A stretch of 64,000 bases of DNA from Deltaproteobacteria bacterium (lineage in GTDB: Bacteria > Desulfobacterota > Dissulfuribacteria > Dissulfuribacterales > UBA3076): assembly GCA_003194485.1 (NCBI GenBank), contig PQXD01000011.1:6093-70092 (forward strand), given 5' to 3'. Position numbers and translations under genes: made by a program. Position 1 is the stretch's first letter; each line of letters begins with the position of its first letter. Of this stretch, positions 1-7,893 are shown piece by piece. The notes beneath the pieces were generated by a model. That model was not told the origin of the DNA. It ran no database searches and saw nothing but the letters and a program-made list of their open reading frames with translations.

Positions 1-7
1 CTCACTT

Positions 8-3000
8 ATGTTTTCTCACCCTAAAGAGAAATCTGTTGAGTTACTGGCTAATGCAAATATCCCTATAATACGGGCGATCTCTCTCTATAATAAGATTGAG
101 GAGTGGGAAGACAGTTCCCAGGGGGTTGAGCCGTTTCAGTTGGCCTCACAAATATTCCTTCCTGAGTTAAGCGGTCTCATTGAGCCAATTGTGGTGGGTG
201 GCAAACGTATCTTTTTTGATGAGAGGACCGGAGTAAAGATAACAGAGCGGGTCCCTGTTAATGAGCGGATTGAAAAATTGGTCAGAAGGACAAAGTCGTG
301 GCTGAGGCTGAAGAATCTAAGTAACAACAAGAAAAAGATTGCTGTCCTCTATTACAATCACCACACAGGAAAACAGAATCTCGGCGCCAGCTACCTTGAT
401 CTCTTTGCCAGCCTCCAGGTCCTTCTGGAATCCCTTAAGGGGGCAGGCTATTTTCTGGGAAAAGATATTTCCCTGACCAGGGAAATACTCCAGGACATGA
501 TTATTATGCAGGGAAGGAACATTAGCACCAAAGCGCCGGGAGAGTTGGAAAAGCTGGTTAAGACCGGCAGGATCGTCCTGATTCCCATCGAACAGTATAA
601 AGAGTGGTATAGGGAACTCCCGCAGGATTTCAGAAAGGGTGTTGAGCAAAAATGGGGTAGCGTCGACAAGACAACCCTTATGACCTGGGAGGACAAGCAA
701 AAGAAGAAAAAATACATTGTTATCCCGGGGCTTATTTATGGCAATCTATTCCTCGGGCCCCAACCTTTCAGGGGATGGCTTGAAGAATCAGAACACCTTT
801 ACCACGACATAACACTCCCACCCCACCACCAGTATCTTGCCTTCTATCTCTGGCTGAAGCACGAGTTCAAAGTAGATGCGGTTATCCACTTTGGCAAGCA
901 CGGCACCCTGGAGTGGACCCCTGGCAAGCAGGTAGGATTGTCTGAAAATTGCGCCCCTGATGTATTGATGCAGGACATCCCGGATATCTACCCGTATCTT
1001 ATGGATGATGTCGGGGAGGGGATCCAGGCCAAGAGACGCGGCTATGGGGTAATCATCGACCACATGATACCGGCCATAAAGATGTCCGGCCTTTACAAAG
1101 AATATGCAAAGATAAATGAACTTATTCCTCTTTATGAACAGTCGAAGAACCAGACGCCGGCGGTTGCGGAAAAGTATAAAAAGGAGATATTGAAGCTGGC
1201 CAAAGAGCTTGGAATCGGCAAGGATATTGGGATGGAACTCGATAAGGAACATTTCGATGATCTCTTGGATGCGCTCCATGACTATCTCGCTGAGATAAGG
1301 AGCCAGAGCATGCCTTACGGTCTCCATATACTGGGAGTTTCTTTAAAAGGCGAGAGCCTTGTCAGCATGGTGATGGCCATGCTGGGCGTGGAGACGGACA
1401 TCCCGTCCATTCAGGAGATAGTTGCCAGGATCCTGAAGATGGACTGGAAAAATATGAAAAAACATCCGGGTAAATACATTAAGGAGGCGGAAAAGATAGA
1501 TGCCGTCTGTGAGGTTTTGCTAACGAAAGCCATTCTCGAAAAAATACCATTGGAAAAAGCCTTCCCGGAGACCTTGGGTAAGAATTACACCGGCGCTTCT
1601 TCTAAAGAAAAAAGATGGTTAAAAGAGATAATAGACAGAGGAATAAGTTATGCCGAAAAGCTCTGCCAATGTGACCAGGAGATTAAGAGTATTCTTAACG
1701 CCCTCAATGCAGGATATATCCCTCCAGGGCCGGGCAATGACCCTATCCGTGCACCGGATGCACTGCCGACCGGCAGAAACTTTTATGGCTTTAACCCGGA
1801 AAAGATTCCAGCAAGGGCTGCCTGGAAGGTAGGAAAAAAATTAGCAGATGATCTAATCCAGGGTTATCTGAAAAAGAACGGAAGATATCCGCACAAGACC
1901 GCCCTGATCCTTTGGGCTACGGAGACCTTGAGACATCATGGGGTGATGGAATCAAAGGCCCTTTACCTTATGGGTGCAAGACCGGTCTGGGATGGCCGGG
2001 GGTATGTAAAGGGCGTGAAATTGATACCGGAATCGGAATTAAAGAGACCCCGTATCGATATCCTGGTTTCTGCCTCCGGGCTGTACAGGGATGTCTTTCC
2101 CATCCAGATCGGCCTGATTGACGATGCCGTGCAAATGATTATTCAAGTAGAAAAGGAAAAATATGAGAATTTTGTTCGCCTGCATACCTTAGAGGCAGAA
2201 CAGGTATTCAAAGAAAAAGGATATTCGGAAAAAGAGGCCGCAGAATTTGCCCGCTACCGTATCTTCGGTGCACCCAATCAGGGCTATGGCACCGGTCTTA
2301 ATAAGGCAATCCCTGCCAGCGGCACCTGGGAAAAGGATGATAAGCTGGCGAACCTTTACGTTAACCGCATGAATTATGCCTACGGCAGAAACGTTTGGGG
2401 GAAAAAGTCCAAGGATGCCTTCAAAGAGGCGTTAAAAGGGACAGACATGATAGTCCACAGCCGTTCCACCAATCTCTTTGGGGTTCTTGATAATGACGAT
2501 TTTTATCAATACATGGGCGGGCTGGCCATGGCAGTGAGGAATGTTTCGGGGAAAACCCCTGAGTTGTATGTATCCGATGCCAAAGACCCGTCTTCTCCCA
2601 AGATGGTAAACTTTGCCAAATTTATGGGGCTTGAGACAAGGGCCCGCTATTTTAATCCCAAATGGATCACGGGAATGAAAGAACACGGCTACTCAGGGGC
2701 AAGGGAGATGGCAAAATTTGTCGAGCATCTCTGGGGCTGGCAGGTGACCACTCCTAAAGAGGTATCCAAAGAGATGTGGGAGCAGGCGTACCAGGTATAT
2801 GTGGAGGACAAATACGGGATGGGGCTGAAGGAGTTTTTCGAAAAAAACAGCCCCCATGCCCTCCAGTCCATTACCGCCAGGATAATGGAAGTGGAAAGAA
2901 AGGGTTATCAAAAACTGGATGAAAAATTACTGCAAAAGATTGCCGTGGATTATGTTGCCTCTGTTGCCACCCAGGGAATGGCCTGCTGTGAACATACCTG

Positions 3001-3364
3001 CAATAATATTGCTTTGAATCAGTTTGCGGCCAATATTCTTTCCATACCGGGTCTTGTGTCGCCTTCGACGATGCTAAAGTTTCAAAATCAGGTCAAATTA
3101 ACAACTGGTCTTGATATCAAGACGCCTGATTGGGTCAAAGAAGCGGAGGAGAAAGAGGCCGGTGCAGGCATGGCGCCCAGTGAAGTGAAAGATGAGGCCG
3201 GTTCTAAAAAGTTGGAGGATGTAAAGGGCTATGAGATGAAAGAGAAAAAAGATGAGACAGCCACGGACCTTCCCACCTCAGGGGTATCGCTTGTAGCCAT
3301 ATTGATTGTGCTCGGTATTGTTGCGATCATAGGGCGAGGCCTGTGGAAGGGGATGAAGCGGTAA
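8..3364 (+). CDS. cobN: CobN/Mg-chelatase-family large subunit (cobaltochelatase CobN-like). The 5' end is probably cut by the window edge. The C-terminus is an acidic linker plus one TM helix.
   Basis: 1118-aa ORF with CobN-type sequence throughout (e.g. LWATETLRHHGVMESKALYLMGARPVWD, RIDILVSASGLYRDVFP). The tail ends ...TSGVSLVAILIVLGIVAIIGRGLWKGMKR. Confidence 0.85.
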   Translation: MFSHPKEKSVELLANANIPIIRAISLYNKIEEWEDSSQGVEPFQLASQIFLPELSGLIEPIVVGGKRIFFDERTGVKITERVPVNERIEKLVRRTKSWLRLKNLSNNKKKIAVLYYNHHTGKQNLGASYLDLFASLQVLLESLKGAGYFLGKDISLTREILQDMIIMQGRNISTKAPGELEKLVKTGRIVLIPIEQYKEWYRELPQDFRKGVEQKWGSVDKTTLMTWEDKQKKKKYIVIPGLIYGNLFLGPQPFRGWLEESEHLYHDITLPPHHQYLAFYLWLKHEFKVDAVIHFGKHGTLEWTPGKQVGLSENCAPDVLMQDIPDIYPYLMDDVGEGIQAKRRGYGVIIDHMIPAIKMSGLYKEYAKINELIPLYEQSKNQTPAVAEKYKKEILKLAKELGIGKDIGMELDKEHFDDLLDALHDYLAEIRSQSMPYGLHILGVSLKGESLVSMVMAMLGVETDIPSIQEIVARILKMDWKNMKKHPGKYIKEAEKIDAVCEVLLTKAILEKIPLEKAFPETLGKNYTGASSKEKRWLKEIIDRGISYAEKLCQCDQEIKSILNALNAGYIPPGPGNDPIRAPDALPTGRNFYGFNPEKIPARAAWKVGKKLADDLIQGYLKKNGRYPHKTALILWATETLRHHGVMESKALYLMGARPVWDGRGYVKGVKLIPESELKRPRIDILVSASGLYRDVFPIQIGLIDDAVQMIIQVEKEKYENFVRLHTLEAEQVFKEKGYSEKEAAEFARYRIFGAPNQGYGTGLNKAIPASGTWEKDDKLANLYVNRMNYAYGRNVWGKKSKDAFKEALKGTDMIVHSRSTNLFGVLDNDDFYQYMGGLAMAVRNVSGKTPELYVSDAKDPSSPKMVNFAKFMGLETRARYFNPKWITGMKEHGYSGAREMAKFVEHLWGWQVTTPKEVSKEMWEQAYQVYVEDKYGMGLKEFFEKNSPHALQSITARIMEVERKGYQKLDEKLLQKIAVDYVASVATQGMACCEHTCNNIALNQFAANILSIPGLVSPSTMLKFQNQVKLTTGLDIKTPDWVKEAEEKEAGAGMAPSEVKDEAGSKKLEDVKGYEMKEKKDETATDLPTSGVSLVAILIVLGIVAIIGRGLWKGMKR

Positions 3365-3440
3365 TGATTTGGGATTGGAGGAGGTAACAGCATTGTGCCA
3401 CAATGCGTCCTTCCTTTCAAATGAAAAAGATTAAGGAGTG

Positions 3441-3636
3441 GTAAATATTCGGTGAGCCCGTGGTCCACTGTGGAAGTTGCCATCCGTGCCCTGCCGCAGG
3501 AGCGGTTTGCCTTTTGCAGGGTTTTGGGTAGCGGGCCGGATTGCACTGCCTCTCCGGTCTGCGATGAGTGAGCTTTGAAACCCGGAAAAAGGTAACCGCT
3601 TCAAGGCGGGATATAACGGGTTCACCGAATATTTAC
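3441..3636 (-). mobile_element. MITE copy A (196 bp, complete)
   Basis: TIRs GTAAATATTCGGTGAGCCCGT / ACGGGTTCACCGAATATTTAC. Perfect 8-bp TSD AAGGAGTG at 3433-3440 and 3637-3644. Confidence 0.9.
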
Positions 3637-3654
3637 AAGGAGTGTGCGACATTG

Positions 3655-4194
3655 TTACCAACAGTATGGATACCAATAAGGACCGTACCACCAGGGATAA
3701 TGCCAGGAAGGATATGGGCATGGGTAATATATTTCCTCTTTTTTCGGGGGCCAGAGGTGGACTTCCTTGGCGGAGATCAGGGGATAGGTGTATTCGATTT
3801 CACCAAGACGTTGAATCTTCTTGCCCTGAATCTTCCCTGCCACTGTTACCTTTCTTCCCTGGCTATAGATGGCCACATCAAGGTAACCAGAATATAAGGC
3901 CAAGAACCTTCCCTCAGATTCATCCACATCCTTTGGCCTTCCCTGTATGTCAGCAGGCTTTTGAAGCACCTCGATCATTGTCCCCTCTTTCAGATTCACA
4001 GAGCTTATTATCACCCCGCTCCAGAGCACTGTTTCGCCTTTATGAGCCTCCGGGTCTTTCAGTACCACCTTCAAGGTGAGTTCCTCTGATACCTGTTCCC
4101 TCAACTGCTTGGAGATTGGCGGGACACAGCCATTAACAGAGAAAAGACCATAGACCAGAAATGTGAGGGTAAGGAACGTATGCGCAGGTTTCAT
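3655..4194 (-). CDS. slp: Slp-family outer-membrane lipoprotein
   Basis: Signal peptide with a lipobox-like ..VNGC. Body resembles Slp/YeaY (VLWSGVIISS..., GRFLALYSGYLD). Trp/Tyr/Pro-rich C-terminal tail. Confidence 0.7.
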   Translation of the reverse strand: MKPAHTFLTLTFLVYGLFSVNGCVPPISKQLREQVSEELTLKVVLKDPEAHKGETVLWSGVIISSVNLKEGTMIEVLQKPADIQGRPKDVDESEGRFLALYSGYLDVAIYSQGRKVTVAGKIQGKKIQRLGEIEYTYPLISAKEVHLWPPKKEEIYYPCPYPSWHYPWWYGPYWYPYCW

Positions 4195-4201
4195 GCTCCT
4201 A

Positions 4202-4276
4202 AGTCATCCTTAATCAGGGCATTCTTACAAATGGTTCTCAATAACAAGAAGCATCCAATTTGTCAACAAAAAACAG
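4202..4276. repeat. ~75-bp direct repeat, left copy (partner at 6749-6824), bracketing the TA islet
   Basis: AGTCATCCTTAA..CATT..TCAATAACAA.AA.CAT..CAAT.TGTCAA..AAAA.CAGG is shared with 6749-6824, roughly 70-75% identical by eye. Confidence 0.5.
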
Positions 4277-4316
4277 GCCGAACCAGCAATTCTAATTATG
4301 ACGAATAAGGAATTTA

Positions 4317-4557
4317 GCCACAGACCCACGCGAACTGACACGGACGAATCCCCGGCCGACCCCAGTTAAACAGGCTTCGCATTTAACTGGGCCGACTCGG
4401 CCGGCGATTCATGTCATGCCCTTCGGGCAATATTTGCAGTATTATTGCCAGTTTAGAGTTATGAAGCAACACATCTTTTTTCGCGAAGCGACTATATAAT
4501 CTGTTCGGCTGACCAAGCCGAACAGATTGGCTGTGTTCGTCTGTGTGGGTCTGTGGC
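4317..4557. repeat. ~240-bp element bounded by inverted repeats (GCCACAGACCCAC...), with internal hairpins
   Basis: Left end GCCACAGACCCACGCGAACTGACACGGACGAA (4317-4348) against right end TTCGTCTGTGTGGGTCTGTGGC (4536-4557). Inner hairpins CCAGTTAAA..TTTAACTGG and CTGTTCGGCT..AGCCGAACAG. Confidence 0.5.
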
Positions 4558-4599
4558 TGGCACATTATCCCAAAATGAGGATTGCTGAGCAATACGGAC

Positions 4600-4628
4600 T
4601 TGACAAGTTGTAAAAGTAGGGATATCCT
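4600..4628 (+). promoter_or_regulatory. Putative sigma70 promoter of vapBC with an overlapping near-palindrome
   Basis: TTGACA (4600-4605), 17-nt spacer, TATCCT (4623-4628). TAGGGATATCCTA overlaps the -10. AAGGAG RBS lies upstream of the ATG at 4669. Confidence 0.4.
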
Positions 4629-4668
4629 ATTTTGTAGGAAAAGACGCTGAAGTAAAGGAGATGATAAA

Positions 4669-4932
4669 ATGTACGCCAGGATTTCAAAAAAAGGTCAGGT
4701 AACGGTACCTAAGCTGATAAGAGAAAGACTGAAGATAGATACAGAAGGCGGAATATTGTTTTTGATTGAGGATGATGAGGTTAAGCTTAAAGCGGCCCCA
4801 GGTGCACCGGTCGAGATTTTAGCAGGAAGCCTCAAAAAATATGCTAAGGATTATGTTCCTCTGAAAAAAATAAGGAAGAAAATCAAAGGGGAAATTGCAA
4901 ATGAAATCGCCCGAGAGGGTCTATCTGATTGA
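4669..4932 (+). CDS. vapB: AbrB/SpoVT-domain antitoxin (VapB-type)
   Basis: N-terminal MYARISKKGQVTVPKLIRERLKI is an AbrB/MazE swapped-hairpin motif. It overlaps the downstream PIN gene. Confidence 0.8.
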   Translation: MYARISKKGQVTVPKLIRERLKIDTEGGILFLIEDDEVKLKAAPGAPVEILAGSLKKYAKDYVPLKKIRKKIKGEIANEIAREGLSD

Positions 4933-5311
4933 TACCGATGTCATTCTCAGGTATCTTCTGGGAGATCATCCTGAGTTCAGTCCAAAAGCTGAATCATTTA
5001 TGAAGGATGTCTCTGAAGGGAGAAAAAAAGCCGAGATACTGGATGTTGTTACTGTCGAATGTATCTATGTTCTGGGAAAATACTATCAGGTTTCCAAGGG
5101 TGAAATTGTAGAGAAATTAAGTGGGATATTGAATTTCTCAGGGATTGCAAATTCGAACAGGGCGGAGACGCTCACAGCATTGGTAAAATACAGAGACTCA
5201 AATATTGATATCGTAGATTGCATCCTGGCAGCAAAATCTTCTCCATCGAAGCTTATCGTTTCATTTGACAGAGACTTTGAAGAATTGAAAGCGGTTACGG
5301 AAAGCCCTTAA
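4895..5311 (+). CDS. vapC: PIN-domain toxin (VapC-type)
   Basis: VYLIDTDVILRYLLGD, with conserved acidic residues (..ECIYVL.., ..DIVDCILAA..SFDRDF). The start could instead be the ATG at 4901. Confidence 0.8.
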   Translation: MQMKSPERVYLIDTDVILRYLLGDHPEFSPKAESFMKDVSEGRKKAEILDVVTVECIYVLGKYYQVSKGEIVEKLSGILNFSGIANSNRAETLTALVKYRDSNIDIVDCILAAKSSPSKLIVSFDRDFEELKAVTESP

Positions 5312-5316
5312 AAATC

Positions 5317-5607
5317 TCAAAAACTGTATCTCAACCTCAGATAGGCCGTATCATTATCCTCAAATTGGCCCAGGCGGGAATTTTTGGGGCCGATGAAGGT
5401 CATATATCCAGGGGCAATTTGCCAGTGGTCGCCGATCTTGTATTCTGCAAAGATCTCAGCGGCCGCCCCCTCATTCCTGCCTGTGCGTCGCACGCAGACA
5501 GGGCTGGTAAAGTACATACCCCGAAAGCCTGCTGACAGGTCATCATCAAGAAACTTGTCGTTGATCTCAAATGTGATGCCGTGGGTCTTGGCTTGACAAT
5601 TTATCAA
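5317..5607 (-). pseudogene. C-terminal remnant of an outer-membrane beta-barrel protein
   Basis: 96-aa ORF ending ...DTAYLRLRYSF (alternating beta-strand pattern, terminal Phe). It has no N-terminal part or signal peptide and is squeezed between two TA modules. Confidence 0.35.
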
Positions 5608-5629
5608 ATGATAGCATATAATATGCTAT
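5593..5629 (+). promoter_or_regulatory. Putative sigma70 promoter plus a perfect 19-nt palindromic operator of dinJ-yafQ
   Basis: TTGACA (5593-5598), 18-nt spacer, TATAAT (5617-5622). ATAGCATATAATATGCTAT (5611-5629) is a perfect palindrome over the -10. Confidence 0.5.
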
Positions 5630-5656
5630 ACATGAAAAGCTAAAGGAGGCGGTAAG

Positions 5657-5920
5657 ATGGGCACGACAAAAACAAGTTCAGCCAGGGCTTTACTGGACCC
5701 TGAAGTCAAAAAACAGGCTGAAGCCATACTTAAAGAATTAGGGCTGTCAGTTTCAAAATCATTCGAGTTGTTTTACCGGCAGGTTATTGCCCATCGTGGA
5801 TTACCGTTTGAACTTCAGGTGCCAAACGAAAAAACGATGAAGGCGATTGAGAACTCCAGGCAAGGTAAGGGTAAAAAATTTTCTACAGCTCAAGAACTGT
5901 TTGATGATCTCGAAATTTAG
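5657..5920 (+). CDS. dinJ: RelB/DinJ-family antitoxin
   Basis: LDPEVKKQAEAILKELGLSVSKSFELFYRQVIAHRGLPFEL is the typical DinJ RHH fold. RBS AAGGAGG upstream. Confidence 0.85.
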   Translation: MGTTKTSSARALLDPEVKKQAEAILKELGLSVSKSFELFYRQVIAHRGLPFELQVPNEKTMKAIENSRQGKGKKFSTAQELFDDLEI

Positions 5921-5924
5921 TAAT

Positions 5925-6194
5925 ATGAGATCGATCAGGCGTGATACACAATTTAAAAGAGACGTGAAGCGGCTAAAAAAACGTCGTAAAGATATTGAAA
6001 AGCTGAAAAACATCATTCATCGTCTGGTCAACGCGGAAAAACTGCCACCTGAAAACAAAGATCATCCACTAAAAGGAACCTTGAAAGACTGCCGTGAATG
6101 CCACATTGAACCAGACTGGCTACTTATATACCGTATTGAGGGCAGTGAACTTTGTCTTGTTCGTACAGGTAGTTATGCGGACCTGTTTGGTTAG
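5925..6194 (+). CDS. yafQ: YafQ-family mRNA interferase toxin
   Basis: MRSIRRDTQFKRDVKRLKKRRKDIEKL...HPLKG..KDCRECHIEPDWLLIY. The start is set to the ATG at 5925, 4 nt after the dinJ stop, not to the longer track ORF starting at 5847. Confidence 0.85.
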   Translation: MRSIRRDTQFKRDVKRLKKRRKDIEKLKNIIHRLVNAEKLPPENKDHPLKGTLKDCRECHIEPDWLLIYRIEGSELCLVRTGSYADLFG

Positions 6195-6233
6195 CGTAGA
6201 ATCAAAAAAATATCAGGCTGTTTGCTGACCGCT

Positions 6234-6696
6234 TACAAATAGCAGTTGCCGGGCAGTCTTCTAAGGCAGGTACGTCGGGAATTCTTCATACACATAATCG
6301 GTTTGAGGCCGAAATGCCTTGAAAAAGCGGTGGAGAACGAAGGCAGGCTATTATATCCCACCGAGAAAGCCACTTCGGTAACGCTCATCCTCTGTTTTTC
6401 CAGCAAGAGCTTTGCTTGCTCAAAGTGAAGCGAATGTTTCCTGAGACACTGGACCCAAAAACAACTGGTGAATGTTTGAATTCAAAACTGACCGCAATAT
6501 TCTGTATTATCCGGTAGTCCCCTATCCCCAGCATAAGTCCCGGCCTTAACTTGATCATGGTCATAAAACCGTTGCCGATCCCGTCGGGCCACCTCCAGAA
6601 TCCTTCGAAATTTGCTTCAGAGTCCAGGGATTCGAACGCTTCATCCACGTTTCCAAAGAGTTCCTTTCCGTTGATTGTTATTGTCTTTTGGTGCAT
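6234..6696 (-). pseudogene. AraC-family regulator remnant (N-terminal ~95 aa joined out of frame to the last HTH)
   Basis: The 103-aa ORF (6385-6696) stops. A different frame then reads ..LHFEQAKLLLEKQRMSVTEVAFSVGYNSLPSFSTAFSRHFGLKP.., the second AraC HTH. The total is far too short for an intact AraC. Confidence 0.5.
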
Positions 6697-6748
6697 GTCG
6701 ATCTCAATGCTCAGTTAAATGCTCAAATCGTCTCTCAACAATACTACG

Positions 6749-6824
6749 AGTCATCCTTAACCAAAACATTATAAAAACTGATTTTCAATAACAAAAACAT
6801 TTCAATCTGTCAAGGAAAAGCAGG
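6749..6824. repeat. ~75-bp direct repeat, right copy (partner at 4202-4276)
   Basis: See 4202-4276. Both copies lie just upstream of a minus-strand start codon (slp and the AraC remnant). Confidence 0.5.
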
Positions 6825-6941
6825 TTGGATAATCGGTCACATGATTTAGGGAATCAGCAGGGCCTAAAAAATTATTGTGGGAGTAAATCCCAGCCGTCAT
6901 TGCGAAGAGTAACCAACGCACAGATCGCTCTATAAAATCTC

Positions 6942-6969
6942 TTGACACCCCGATTTTTACTGTTATAAA
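6942..6969 (+). promoter_or_regulatory. Putative sigma70 promoter of the TonB2-type cluster
   Basis: TTGACA (6942-6947), 16-nt spacer, TATAAA (6964-6969). Confidence 0.35.
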
Positions 6970-7071
6970 TGTATCTGAGTTGCAATAATAGATCTATAGA
7001 GAGTCAGGCTGGCTTTGGACAAGGAAATTTATGCAGCAAATATTCTGTTCATAGCAGCTAAGTTGAAGTTG

Positions 7072-7893
7072 ATGATTTCCATTTTAAGCAAAAACAAGTT
7101 TTGCAGGCATTTAAGGCCCTGTTGCTTGGCATTAGCCCTTCTTTCCTTCTTCATCTCCTCCTCCTCGCTCCACCCGGCGTGGTCCGCCCCGGCTGAGACT
7201 GGGGCGGACCGTCTGCTGGGTGAAGTTTCGGAAACCATAGAGGTGCGCAAGCAGACCCAGAAGGAAGAGGATGCATGGGCGGGGAAGAAGGCTGAACTCA
7301 TGGCCAGGCTCAGATCCCTTAAGGCCGAGAAGGAACACCTTTCCGAGGTGAAAGACAGGACTGGAAGGGCCATCGAAACCGAAAAGGCCTTGATAGCCGA
7401 GGCGAAGCGTAGGATCAGGGAGGTAGCGCGAATAAGAGAAGGCCTCGAATCATATCTGGGCTCTGTAGTAACGGAGCTTGAGGCATTCATACAACAAGAC
7501 CTCCCTTTCTTAAAAGAGGAACGCGAAGCGCGGCTGGCATCCATCAGCGACACACTTTCCCATCCTGAAAAGACCGCGGCTGAGAAATACCGGCGGGTCA
7601 TGGAGGCCCTCCAGGTTGAGACCGAATACGGCCAGACCGTTGAGGTGTATCAGGAAACCGTGGACATTGAAGGGCAGCCGATCCTTATGGATATCTTGAG
7701 ACTGGGGAGGCTTTCCCTGTTCTGCCAGAGCCCTGACGGGAAAATGGTCGGTCATTACGACAGGACGGCAGGACACTGGATGAAATTGCCTTCCAGGTAC
7801 AGGCATGAAATCAACAAGGCCGTGGATATTGCCCGCAAACAGCGGACCGTAGATCTGGTCAGGCTTCCCATAGGCAGGATCGTGGTGCCATGA
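7072..7893 (+). CDS. DUF3450-type periplasmic coiled-coil protein (TtpB-like)
   Basis: Signal peptide MISILSKNKFC..LALALLSFF..AWSAP, a long coiled coil, and a C-terminal ..GRLSLFCQSPDGKMVGHYD... It is the first gene of a TonB2-type cluster. The track ORF begins at a TTG at 7015. Confidence 0.7.
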   Translation: MISILSKNKFCRHLRPCCLALALLSFFISSSSLHPAWSAPAETGADRLLGEVSETIEVRKQTQKEEDAWAGKKAELMARLRSLKAEKEHLSEVKDRTGRAIETEKALIAEAKRRIREVARIREGLESYLGSVVTELEAFIQQDLPFLKEEREARLASISDTLSHPEKTAAEKYRRVMEALQVETEYGQTVEVYQETVDIEGQPILMDILRLGRLSLFCQSPDGKMVGHYDRTAGHWMKLPSRYRHEINKAVDIARKQRTVDLVRLPIGRIVVP

